From positions 86,689 through 150,688 of the forward strand of contig JAVEYW010000005.1 in the NCBI GenBank assembly GCA_034003325.1: DNA of 64,000 bases. Reading direction: 5' to 3'. The position numbers and the translations under genes are program-made. The notes beneath the pieces are model-generated. The model made no database searches and was not told the origin of the DNA. It was given only the letters and a program-made list of their open reading frames with translations. The first letter of the stretch is position 1. Each line of letters begins with the position of its first letter. Source of the stretch: Desulfobacterales bacterium. GTDB lineage: Bacteria; Desulfobacterota; Desulfobacteria; Desulfobacterales; JAFDDL01. This document shows, piece by piece, positions 17,321-24,938 of this stretch.

Positions 17321-18306
17321 GCGCTGAAGCACATACCAATCGCCGGGAGTTTCTTCGCAGGTTACTGGGCGCGGCCCTTACGGCCACCGGCGCGGGCGCG
17401 TTGGGGCTCTCTTTTTGGGACAGGTGGGGACCCCGGGGTACTATTTCCCATACCCAAAATTTGATTCTGCCGGATTTTTCCATTCCGGGGCAAACGGGTA
17501 AAATCAGTGTGGCCCACGGCAGCGACCGGGCTCAAACCGTCACGCTGGCGCTTAACGCGTTGGGCGGCATGAAAGCCTTTGTGCAACCCGGCGACAAGGT
17601 GCTGCTCAAGGTCAATGCCGCCTTTGCCACCCCGCCCGCGCTGGGCGCCACCACGCATCCCCAATTGCTTTCGCAGGTGGTGGCGCTTTGCCTGCAAGCC
17701 GGTGCGGGCCAAGTGATGGTCACCGACAATCCGATCAATGATCCGGCCAGTTGTTTTGAGCTTACCGGCATTGGGCCTGCGGCCCGAAGCGCCGGCGCCG
17801 GTGTGATGTTGCCGGCTTCGGAGCGCTTTGCCGCTTACTCCTTGCCGGGCGGCCATCTGATTCGCAACTGGCCGGTGCTGTGCAACCCCTTGTTATGGGC
17901 CGATAAGCTTATCGGGCTGGCGCCGGTCAAAGACCACCATCGCAGCGGCGCCTCCTTGACCATGAAAAACTGGTACGGCCTGCTGGGCGGGCCGCGCAAT
18001 ATTTTTCATCAGCAAATTCATACCATCATCGCGGAACTGGCCGGAATGATCACCCCCAGTCTGGTGATTCTGGACGGCACCCAGAGCATGATGGCCAACG
18101 GGCCCACCGGCGGGTCCCTGAATGATCTGAAAGCAACCCATACCGTGATTGCGGGTACGGACCCGGTGGCTGTGGACACCTTGGGGGCCGGCCTGCTCGG
18201 CAAGACCGTGGCGGATTTGCCCTATCTGGCCTTAGCTGAAAAGGCCGGGGCGGGAACCGTCCGTGTTGAGGCATTGCACCCCGTCGAGGTGAACGGTCCC
18301 CTGTAA
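17317..18306 (+). CDS. Tat-signal DUF362 domain protein
   Basis: Twin-arginine signal NRREFLRRLLGAALTATGAGALG. DUF362-like blocks: KVLLKVNAAF, PVKDHHRSGASLTMKNWYG, LVILDGTQSMMANGPTGG, AGTDPVAVD. Confidence 0.8.
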   Translation: MSAEAHTNRREFLRRLLGAALTATGAGALGLSFWDRWGPRGTISHTQNLILPDFSIPGQTGKISVAHGSDRAQTVTLALNALGGMKAFVQPGDKVLLKVNAAFATPPALGATTHPQLLSQVVALCLQAGAGQVMVTDNPINDPASCFELTGIGPAARSAGAGVMLPASERFAAYSLPGGHLIRNWPVLCNPLLWADKLIGLAPVKDHHRSGASLTMKNWYGLLGGPRNIFHQQIHTIIAELAGMITPSLVILDGTQSMMANGPTGGSLNDLKATHTVIAGTDPVAVDTLGAGLLGKTVADLPYLALAEKAGAGTVRVEALHPVEVNGPL

Positions 18307-18350
18307 ACGCCTGCGCTCTTGGCGCTTGAACAAGGAATGACGGAAAAACC

Positions 18351-20306
18351 ATGACCCTGATCACCACCCGGCGGATCACACAGATCTTCTTCTTCGGGCT
18401 TTTTATCTGGTTTTGTATCGTCTCCACGCCGGGAACCCACTGGTGGCAATTGCGCGGCTGGCCGGTCAACTGGTTTTTGCAGCTCGACCCCCTGGTGGGA
18501 CTGGGCGTGCTGCTTACCACCCACACCCTCTACGCCGGTTTGCTCTGGGGCATGACCACGCTGGTGCTCACCCTCTTTCTGGGACGCTTTTTTTGCGGCT
18601 GGGTCTGCCCCATGGGCGCGCTGCAGCAATTCGTGGGCTATCTGGGGCAACGAAAGCAAAAAACGAGCGACAGAGTTTCTGTCAACCAGCCGCATCGGGC
18701 ACAACGGATCAAGTACTGGCTCTTGGTCTTTCTTTTGGCCGCGGCCGCGGCAGACCTTTTGCACTTTCTTCTGGCGGCCCCCTTGCAACACACCGTTTTT
18801 TTCTGGACACTGGTGCTTCTTGTCGCGGTGTGGGCCGCAGTGATGACGGCCTTTAACTATTTACAGGTCAAGCCCAAAACCATTCTGTGGGTCGTTGGCC
18901 TGCTGGCTGCCAGTGTCGCCCTGCAATGGTGCGTCGATGATTCATCGCTCTTTCTGGCGACCACTCTGCAAACCGGCCTGCTTGATCCCATTGTGCTGAT
19001 CCACCGGTCCGTCAATCTTGTCATTCTGCCGCTTTTGGATGCGCCGGTGCAGATAACGGCCGTCAATCCCCGTCTGTATCAGGGGGGAGGCGTGATCGGG
19101 GTGTTCTTTTTAACGGTGTTGCTGCTCTGCCTCAGGGTGCCTCGGTTTTATTGCCGATTCATCTGTCCTTTGGGGGCACTGCTGGGCTTGTTCAGCCGCT
19201 GGTCCGTCTGGCGCATCGGCAAATCGGAAAACCACTGCCGGCAGTGCCGTCAATGCGAAGCCCATTGCGAAGGCGCCTGCGCGCCTTCAGGAGTCATTCA
19301 AATCAGTGAATGCGTCCTGTGTTTAAACTGCATGGATCAATGCCGGCATGGGCTTATGGGCTATCGGGCCAAGCCTTCGGCTGCCGGAGAAGCGCTTGTG
19401 CCCGATCTTTCCCGGCGTCAGGTGATCTCGGCGCTGGTGAGTGGTCTGGCCCTGGCACCCGTGTTACGCATCGACGGCATGCTGGCCGGCAACTGGAACC
19501 CGAAACTGATAAGGCCGCCCGGCGCGTTGCCGGAGGCGGACTTTCTGTCGCGCTGTATCAAGTGCGGCCAGTGTATGCGGATTTGCCCCACCAATGTGAT
19601 TCATCCGGCCGGGTGGCAGGCCGGCCTCGAAGGCCTTTGGACGCCGGTCCTCAATTTTCGCATCGGCACCAGCGGATGCCAGCACAATTGCGTGGCATGC
19701 AGCCATGTTTGTCCCACCGCCGCTCTGCGGCCCATGACAGTGGGGGAGCGAATGGGCCGGGACCGGTTTACTGTTAACGGGCCGATACGCACCGGCATGG
19801 CGTTTGTGGACCGGGGCCGCTGCCTGCCGTGGGCCATGGATACGCCCTGTATCGTATGCCAGGAAAATTGCCCGGTGAGTCCCAAGGCCATCTTTACCCG
19901 CACCGAGTATCGGCCCGTGCGCGATGGGCAGGGGGTGGTACAATCAGCCGAAGGCACAACCATCGAGATCGCCGGTATTCAGTGGTCCGATCGCAACCTG
20001 GCGGGAGGTGATTTTTTCCTGCGTTGGGGAAATGCAGCGCCCGAGCGCATTGTGGCGGTTACGGCCCCGCGGGTAACCCTGGCCGCAACGAAAAAGGAAA
20101 CCCTTTTACCGGAAACTGGCGATATTTGCCGAATTGAGGTACGATTGCAGCAACCCTATATCGATCCGCAGCGCTGTATCGGCTGCGGGGTTTGTGAGCA
20201 CGAATGTCCGGTCCAGGGCCAACGCGCTGTTCGCGTATCGGCGGAGAACGAATCGCGCCACGCCCGGTATCAAATGGTGGTATCATATCAAGGAGAATTA
20301 AAATGA
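18351..20306 (+). CDS. integral-membrane polyferredoxin: NapH-like module fused to a NapG-like 4x[4Fe-4S] module
   Basis: Two CxxCP motifs (CGWVCPMG, CRFICPLG) within TM segments. Two Cys clusters follow (CRQCRQCEAHCEGAC, CVLCLNCMDQC). Then SRRQVISALVSGLALAP, followed by CIKCGQCMRICP, CVACSHVCP, CIVCQENCP and CIGCGVCEHECP. Confidence 0.85.
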   Translation: MTLITTRRITQIFFFGLFIWFCIVSTPGTHWWQLRGWPVNWFLQLDPLVGLGVLLTTHTLYAGLLWGMTTLVLTLFLGRFFCGWVCPMGALQQFVGYLGQRKQKTSDRVSVNQPHRAQRIKYWLLVFLLAAAAADLLHFLLAAPLQHTVFFWTLVLLVAVWAAVMTAFNYLQVKPKTILWVVGLLAASVALQWCVDDSSLFLATTLQTGLLDPIVLIHRSVNLVILPLLDAPVQITAVNPRLYQGGGVIGVFFLTVLLLCLRVPRFYCRFICPLGALLGLFSRWSVWRIGKSENHCRQCRQCEAHCEGACAPSGVIQISECVLCLNCMDQCRHGLMGYRAKPSAAGEALVPDLSRRQVISALVSGLALAPVLRIDGMLAGNWNPKLIRPPGALPEADFLSRCIKCGQCMRICPTNVIHPAGWQAGLEGLWTPVLNFRIGTSGCQHNCVACSHVCPTAALRPMTVGERMGRDRFTVNGPIRTGMAFVDRGRCLPWAMDTPCIVCQENCPVSPKAIFTRTEYRPVRDGQGVVQSAEGTTIEIAGIQWSDRNLAGGDFFLRWGNAAPERIVAVTAPRVTLAATKKETLLPETGDICRIEVRLQQPYIDPQRCIGCGVCEHECPVQGQRAVRVSAENESRHARYQMVVSYQGELK

Positions 20307-21544
20307 CACCCAAATCCAACGATTGTTCCAGACGGGAATTTTTTAAGGTTACCGGTGCGGCCGGTGTGGGGGTCTTATTAGGTCCCTTGGCCGCCAATGC
20401 CCGGAGCGAGGAGAAAGGAAGCGCCCTCCTGGCGGCCGCTGGTCAGTCACGGGTGCCCACCCGGCCCTTTGGCAAAACCGGCACCCGGGTTTCTACTCTC
20501 GCTTTGGGGGGAATGTTCGATATCGGCGCCAATCAGATCATGCTCAGGCAGGCATTGAACTGGGGCGTGACCTATTGGGATACGGCCGACTGTTACGGCA
20601 ACGGGGAAAGTGAAACCGGTTTCGGCAAGTACTTTGCCAAATACCCGGAGGATCGGGAAAAGGTGTTTCTGGTTACCAAATCCGATGCCCGTGATCCGGA
20701 AGGCATGAGCCGCCTGTTGGCGCGTTCCCTTCAACGTCTGAATACCCCCTACATCAATCTATATTTTATCCATGGTGTCAAAAGCATGGATGAACTGAAT
20801 GACGATACCCGGCGATGGGTGGAAAAAGCCAAGGTGGACGGCAAGATCAAATTATTCGGCTTCAGTACGCATAAAAATATGGAAGAACTGTTAACCCGGG
20901 CCGCCGCCCTGGGCTATATCGACGGCATCATGCTGTCCTATAATTTCCGCATCATGCATACGCAGGCGATGAAAAACGCCGTCGACGCCTGCGTTCAGGC
21001 GGGCATCGGGCTGACGGCCATGAAGACCCAGGGCGGCCGGTCGTGGTTAAAGTCGGACCCGGCCGACAAGGTGGCCACCGAATTGATGGAATCTTTCATT
21101 CAAAAAGGATTGACGGAACAGCAGGCCAAGCTTAAAGCCGTCTGGACCAACCCGAACATCGCCAGTATCTGCTCGCAGATGCCGGACATGACCCTATTAA
21201 AAGCCAATGTGGCGGCAGCGGCGGATACCACGCTCCTGACTTCCCGTGAGATGCTACTTTTTGAACAATATGCCCTTGAAACCGCTGACCAGTATTGCGC
21301 TGGCTGCGGCCACATCTGTGAAACGGCCGTGAACGGCTGCGTGCCCATCGGCGACATCATGCGCTACCACATGTACGAAAAATCCTATGGCCGGCTGGAT
21401 TGGGCAAGAACCTATTTTCGGGATCTCGGAGCCGAGGTGCATCAATCCATGGCGCAAATCGACTTCAGCGCAGCCGAACAGTGCTGCCCGCAAAAAATGC
21501 CCATCGCGAGTCTTATGAAACGGGCGTTAATGGATTTTGCATAG
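20303..21544 (+). CDS. Tat-signal aldo/keto reductase with a C-terminal Cys-rich (Fe-S) extension (COG1453-like)
   Basis: The ATG at 20303 overlaps the upstream TGA, and AAGGAG lies upstream. Signal SRREFFKVTGAAGVGVLL. AKR core (LALGGM…YWDTADCYGNGESE). Tail YCAGCGHICE…GC…CCPQKMP. Confidence 0.85.
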   Translation: MTPKSNDCSRREFFKVTGAAGVGVLLGPLAANARSEEKGSALLAAAGQSRVPTRPFGKTGTRVSTLALGGMFDIGANQIMLRQALNWGVTYWDTADCYGNGESETGFGKYFAKYPEDREKVFLVTKSDARDPEGMSRLLARSLQRLNTPYINLYFIHGVKSMDELNDDTRRWVEKAKVDGKIKLFGFSTHKNMEELLTRAAALGYIDGIMLSYNFRIMHTQAMKNAVDACVQAGIGLTAMKTQGGRSWLKSDPADKVATELMESFIQKGLTEQQAKLKAVWTNPNIASICSQMPDMTLLKANVAAAADTTLLTSREMLLFEQYALETADQYCAGCGHICETAVNGCVPIGDIMRYHMYEKSYGRLDWARTYFRDLGAEVHQSMAQIDFSAAEQCCPQKMPIASLMKRALMDFA

Positions 21545-21589
21545 AAATAGATTGTCGAAAACGCCTCAGCCATCAATTTTAAATCGGGT

Positions 21590-21724
21590 GTAACTGCTCA
21601 GTAGCCAAGAGACAGAATCCAGAATTCAGAATAAAAACAACTGAAAGCAGCCGGATTAATATTGTTGAATGAAAATTCAGGCGGTTAGTGCATTATTCTG
21701 AATTCTGTATTCCTGAGTAGTTAT
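21590..21724. mobile_element. MITE-like 135-bp element flanked by an 8-bp direct duplication
   Basis: Terminal inverted repeats GTAACTGCTCAG (21590-21601) and CTGAGTAGTTAT (21713-21724) match 10/12. An internal perfect 15-bp inverted repeat pairs CAGAATTCAGAATAA (21620-21634) with 21693-21707. AATCGGGT occurs on both flanks (21582-21589 and 21725-21732). Confidence 0.55.
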
Positions 21725-21767
21725 AATCGGGTTAAAGTGGATGGGGGGCAAGTAAACGGGAGTAATC

Positions 21768-22217
21768 ATGAATTGGATTTACTATGAAGATGTCGTTGTC
21801 GGGGAAAAAATAACCGAAGGGCAATATTCAATCGACAAGACGGAGCTATTGGAATTTGCGCGGAAATGGGACCGCCGGCCTTTTCATATAGACGAAGAGG
21901 CTGCCAACTCATACCCTTACGGGGGGCTTATTGCACCGGCGCCCTATCTCTTGTCCGTGGCGGCAAGAATGCTGACGCCACTCGATAAACCAAGGCTTGC
22001 GGTCATCGGTCTTCTTGAGTATGAACATGTACGGATACTGAGACCGGGCAGGCCCGGCGATCTGTTGACCGTTACCTCCGAGACGATCGAAAAGCGAGAA
22101 TCAAAAAGCAACCCGCGTCAGGGAATCGTTCGCCACGAGATCGTTCTTAGAAACCACCGGGATGAGGTGGTCGCCAGCTATTTGGCCGCGTTTATCATTG
22201 AAAAACGGCCATTATAA
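21768..22217 (+). CDS. MaoC-like (hotdog-fold) dehydratase
   Basis: The …RRPFHIDEEAANSYPYGGLIAPAPY… signature is typical of the MaoC dehydratase family. 149 aa, GGGAG RBS. Confidence 0.8.
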   Translation: MNWIYYEDVVVGEKITEGQYSIDKTELLEFARKWDRRPFHIDEEAANSYPYGGLIAPAPYLLSVAARMLTPLDKPRLAVIGLLEYEHVRILRPGRPGDLLTVTSETIEKRESKSNPRQGIVRHEIVLRNHRDEVVASYLAAFIIEKRPL

Positions 22218-22333
22218 AGGAAACGGCCCGAACTCGAACCTGCCCGCTGGACAAAAGGTTTCCATGGAGACGCTTAGCGGGTTGTGGGATTGACGTCCTT
22301 CAAAAAATTATCATTCGGAGGAAATAGGATGTT

Positions 22334-22984
22334 ATGATCAGATTCTGTTTCAGTAATAGCAGGCGGTTTTTGTTTGTCTGTTTAGTATGTTGGGTTTTTT
22401 TTGCAAGCAATTCCGTGCTCCAGGCCGATGAGGCTGCACGGCAAGACTGCTCTTTGTTTAAAAAAGGGGGGATGTCCATGCAACTGGCCGCCGGGGGGTT
22501 CGAATCTCCGTTTTTGATTCGTACCAACCGTCCGGAAATGGATTATGTTCAAACCAACCTCAGAATCGGCTGGATGCTGGATGATCCGGGGCGGCCAAAA
22601 TATTTTTTTCGCGGCAATTGGGAGGGGCTTCTGGAGTTTACCGGTTCCCATGTGGATGCGAAGACAGATGGCTTTTTTACCGGTGCCGCATTCCTGTTGC
22701 GATATAATGTTCTATCAATAGAGCGCTGGCGGCTGTTTCCTTATTTCCAGACCGGTGCGGGGCTTATCTATAATGATGTTTATAAGGATAAGTCTCAGTC
22801 GGTTATCGGTCAGGCAATCGAGTTTACGCTTCGCAGCGCGTTGGGGTTCCGGTTCATGATGACCGATTGCTGGTCAATTGACCTGGAAGGGGCAGTAGAG
22901 CACATATCCAATGCCGGCTTTTCGAATCGGAATTCGGGCCTGAACGCCGGGGGTGGTTTTGTAGGCATCAGCAGGTTTTTTTGA
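22334..22984 (+). CDS. acyloxyacyl hydrolase / lipid A 3-O-deacylase (PagL)-like outer-membrane beta-barrel
   Basis: Signal peptide ending LQA-DE. Alternating beta-strand pattern. C-terminal EHISNAGFSNRNSGLN…GISRFF (H-x-S catalytic-type motif, terminal Phe). Confidence 0.7.
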   Translation: MIRFCFSNSRRFLFVCLVCWVFFASNSVLQADEAARQDCSLFKKGGMSMQLAAGGFESPFLIRTNRPEMDYVQTNLRIGWMLDDPGRPKYFFRGNWEGLLEFTGSHVDAKTDGFFTGAAFLLRYNVLSIERWRLFPYFQTGAGLIYNDVYKDKSQSVIGQAIEFTLRSALGFRFMMTDCWSIDLEGAVEHISNAGFSNRNSGLNAGGGFVGISRFF

Positions 22985-23068
22985 GCAATGCCTTTGAGCA
23001 CGGTTCATTTGCGATAGCCCATAACAACCGTCTGCTGCCGGTTTCGACATCACGGCCCCGGTGCGGAA

Positions 23069-23101
23069 GAAAGGCCGCCGACTAACGGCGGCCTTTCCTT
23101 T
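23069..23101 (+). terminator. stem-loop terminator candidate downstream of the PagL-like gene
   Basis: Perfect 12-bp stem GAAAGGCCGCCG / CGGCGGCCTTTC with a 5-nt loop, followed by CTTTGG (a weak U-tract). Confidence 0.5.
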
Positions 23102-23154
23102 GGCGGGAACCCACAGTGACAAGTGAGTGAAAGGAGAGCAACACAAGGGGTTAA

Positions 23155-23266
23155 ACCCTTTACCAGAATCATGCACGCTTTTGCGTGTATATTCGCCGAA
23201 GGTGAAAGATGGCTTTTATGCATCCCAGCATCCCAGCATCCCAGCATCCGGCTATGCCGGATTAGG
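23155..23266 (+). repeat. dispersed intergenic repeat, copy A (three GCATCCCA units)
   Basis: Core CCCTTTACCAGAAnCATGCACGCTTTTGCGTGTATATTCGCCGAAGGTGAAAGATGGC…TTATGCATCCCAGCAT… is shared with 43301-43389 and 62662-62773, in the same orientation. Confidence 0.75.
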
Positions 23267-24169
23267 TTAACGGCTCAAAATGCGTTCCATTTCAAAAAAC
23301 AAATCCTGCTCGCGGATAACGCCGACCAACTCCCCCTTGGCAAGCACGGCCAGGCGCCGGGCATTTTTATCCAGCATCATAAAGGCTGCTTCCATCAGAT
23401 TGGCGCTGGCCAAGATTGTGTCCGGGGCGGGGGACATGACGGTTTTGATCTGCTTATCGGCCAACTGCATGATCTGGTGCGTGAACATATCACTCCAGAA
23501 CATGGGTGAAAATTGCAGAGCATCCGCTGTGGAAGGTTTTGGTGCCGATAAATAGGACGGCATAATGGCCTTTAATAGGCCACGAATGGAGAGCAACCCG
23601 GCCAGAACGCCGTCGTTATCAATGACCAAAACGGACCGGTGGCCGGTTTCCATCAGACGGCTGGTGGCCATTTTGGATGTAAAGGATTCCTTTAGCGCGC
23701 CGATGGCATCCCGAACCGTCATGTCATGCCGAAGGACCGTATACTCTTCGATCGGCACCATCACGGCGGCCACCTGCCTTTCGCCGGGAGGCGCGTCTTT
23801 ACGGGCGCGTTGATACGCATCCCGTATCTTTGAAGACAATAGGGAAATATCGCACGGTTTGGTGAGATAATCAAAGGCGCCTTTGACCAGGGCTTTTCGC
23901 GCGGAGGGAAGCGCCCCATGACCGGTCAGCATGATGATCGGCAGGTCCGGGTGATTCTCGCGAATTTTATCGAGGAGCTCATGGCCGTCCATTCCCGGCA
24001 TTTTAATATCCAGAATGGCGACATCCGGGTTCTCTTTTAATTTGTTGAGCGCTTCGGGGCCGGATTCGGCTAAAATAACTTGAAATCCCCGGCCCTCAAG
24101 GATTTTCCGGGTAGTTTCGCGAAACCGTTCCTCATCATCCACCATGAGTACTTTAATCACATGGTCCAT
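23267..24169 (-). CDS. response-regulator receiver fused to a CBS-pair domain
   Basis: VLMVDDEE…AILDIKMPGMDG…MLTGHG…KPC, then two CBS-like repeats. AGGAGG RBS. Confidence 0.85.
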   Translation of the reverse strand: MDHVIKVLMVDDEERFRETTRKILEGRGFQVILAESGPEALNKLKENPDVAILDIKMPGMDGHELLDKIRENHPDLPIIMLTGHGALPSARKALVKGAFDYLTKPCDISLLSSKIRDAYQRARKDAPPGERQVAAVMVPIEEYTVLRHDMTVRDAIGALKESFTSKMATSRLMETGHRSVLVIDNDGVLAGLLSIRGLLKAIMPSYLSAPKPSTADALQFSPMFWSDMFTHQIMQLADKQIKTVMSPAPDTILASANLMEAAFMMLDKNARRLAVLAKGELVGVIREQDLFFEMERILSR

Positions 24170-24222
24170 AGTTTATCCTCCTATTCCACTATACGTAATG
24201 GAAGTTTTTGTGGTTTTTGAGT

Positions 24223-24738
24223 TCATTGCACGAACAGCATAAGGGACCAGAAAAAAAGAATCGTCAGACCGATGGAGCCTGCGATGACTACGAGGGCCTG
24301 GCGCCATAAGAGCTTGCTGCCCCGGGTCAACCCGATGCCGATGAGACACCATTTCCAGCTCTCGGATGCCAGAAAGGAACCGGGAAGCCATGAAATCAGC
24401 ATCGGCAAGCTGCCGCTGAATGCGTAAATGCTGAAAAGACGCCCGAATGAAATGGGCGCTTCCTGCGTCAGCCGCATGGTCAGAAATCCGAATGCAGCGG
24501 AAATCAGAATCATGCCGACGCCGTTGAAGATGAAAATGCCGCTGCTGAGCCATGGCGCGGAAGGTTTAATAAGGAAAAAAACCGCACACGAGGCCAGAAG
24601 CGCCGAGAGGAATATCAGGCAGAGCGCATGGCCCCAGTGGGCCGTTTTGCCTTCTTTACTGAAAAACCGACCGGGGGTCAGCAAAAGCCTCCAGACGCTC
24701 TTGCCTAAAAATGAAACACGGATATATTCAGATAACAT
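24223..24738 (-). CDS. polytopic membrane protein (possibly Yip1-type)
   Basis: 171 aa with about five hydrophobic helices. AAGGAA RBS. The family assignment is tentative. Confidence 0.5.
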   Translation of the reverse strand: MLSEYIRVSFLGKSVWRLLLTPGRFFSKEGKTAHWGHALCLIFLSALLASCAVFFLIKPSAPWLSSGIFIFNGVGMILISAAFGFLTMRLTQEAPISFGRLFSIYAFSGSLPMLISWLPGSFLASESWKWCLIGIGLTRGSKLLWRQALVVIAGSIGLTILFFWSLMLFVQ

Positions 24739-24749
24739 CTTCGTTTCCT

Positions 24750-24908
24750 TTACGGAAGGGCAATCTCACGAATGAGCGCCAGTACCGCCATGCCGACGGT
24801 CAGCACCAGGAAAAACAGGCGTTCTACGGACCGGGTGAAATAGAGTTTGCCCGCCTTAAAGGCAAAAGGTTTTCGTTTTTCATCTTCTTCCTTCGGCAGT
24901 CTGTTCAT
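24750..24908 (-). CDS. small (52 aa) single-TM protein, below the ORF-track length cutoff
   Basis: MNRLPKEEDEKRKPFAFKAGKLYFTRSVERLFFLVLTVGMAVLALIREIALP. AGAGGAGA Shine-Dalgarno about 8 nt upstream of the ATG at 24908. It fits exactly between the neighbouring genes. Confidence 0.5.
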   Translation of the reverse strand: MNRLPKEEDEKRKPFAFKAGKLYFTRSVERLFFLVLTVGMAVLALIREIALP

Positions 24909-24938
24909 TTTTTTTCTCCTCTTTATCACGGAGGTTAC

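Noticed and set aside
22497-22506. A GGTTCGAATC T-loop-like motif that suggested a tRNA.
   Set aside because: The flanking bases cannot form a T-stem (GGGGG versus CTCCG) or an acceptor stem. The motif lies in-frame within the PagL-like CDS, where it encodes GGFESP.
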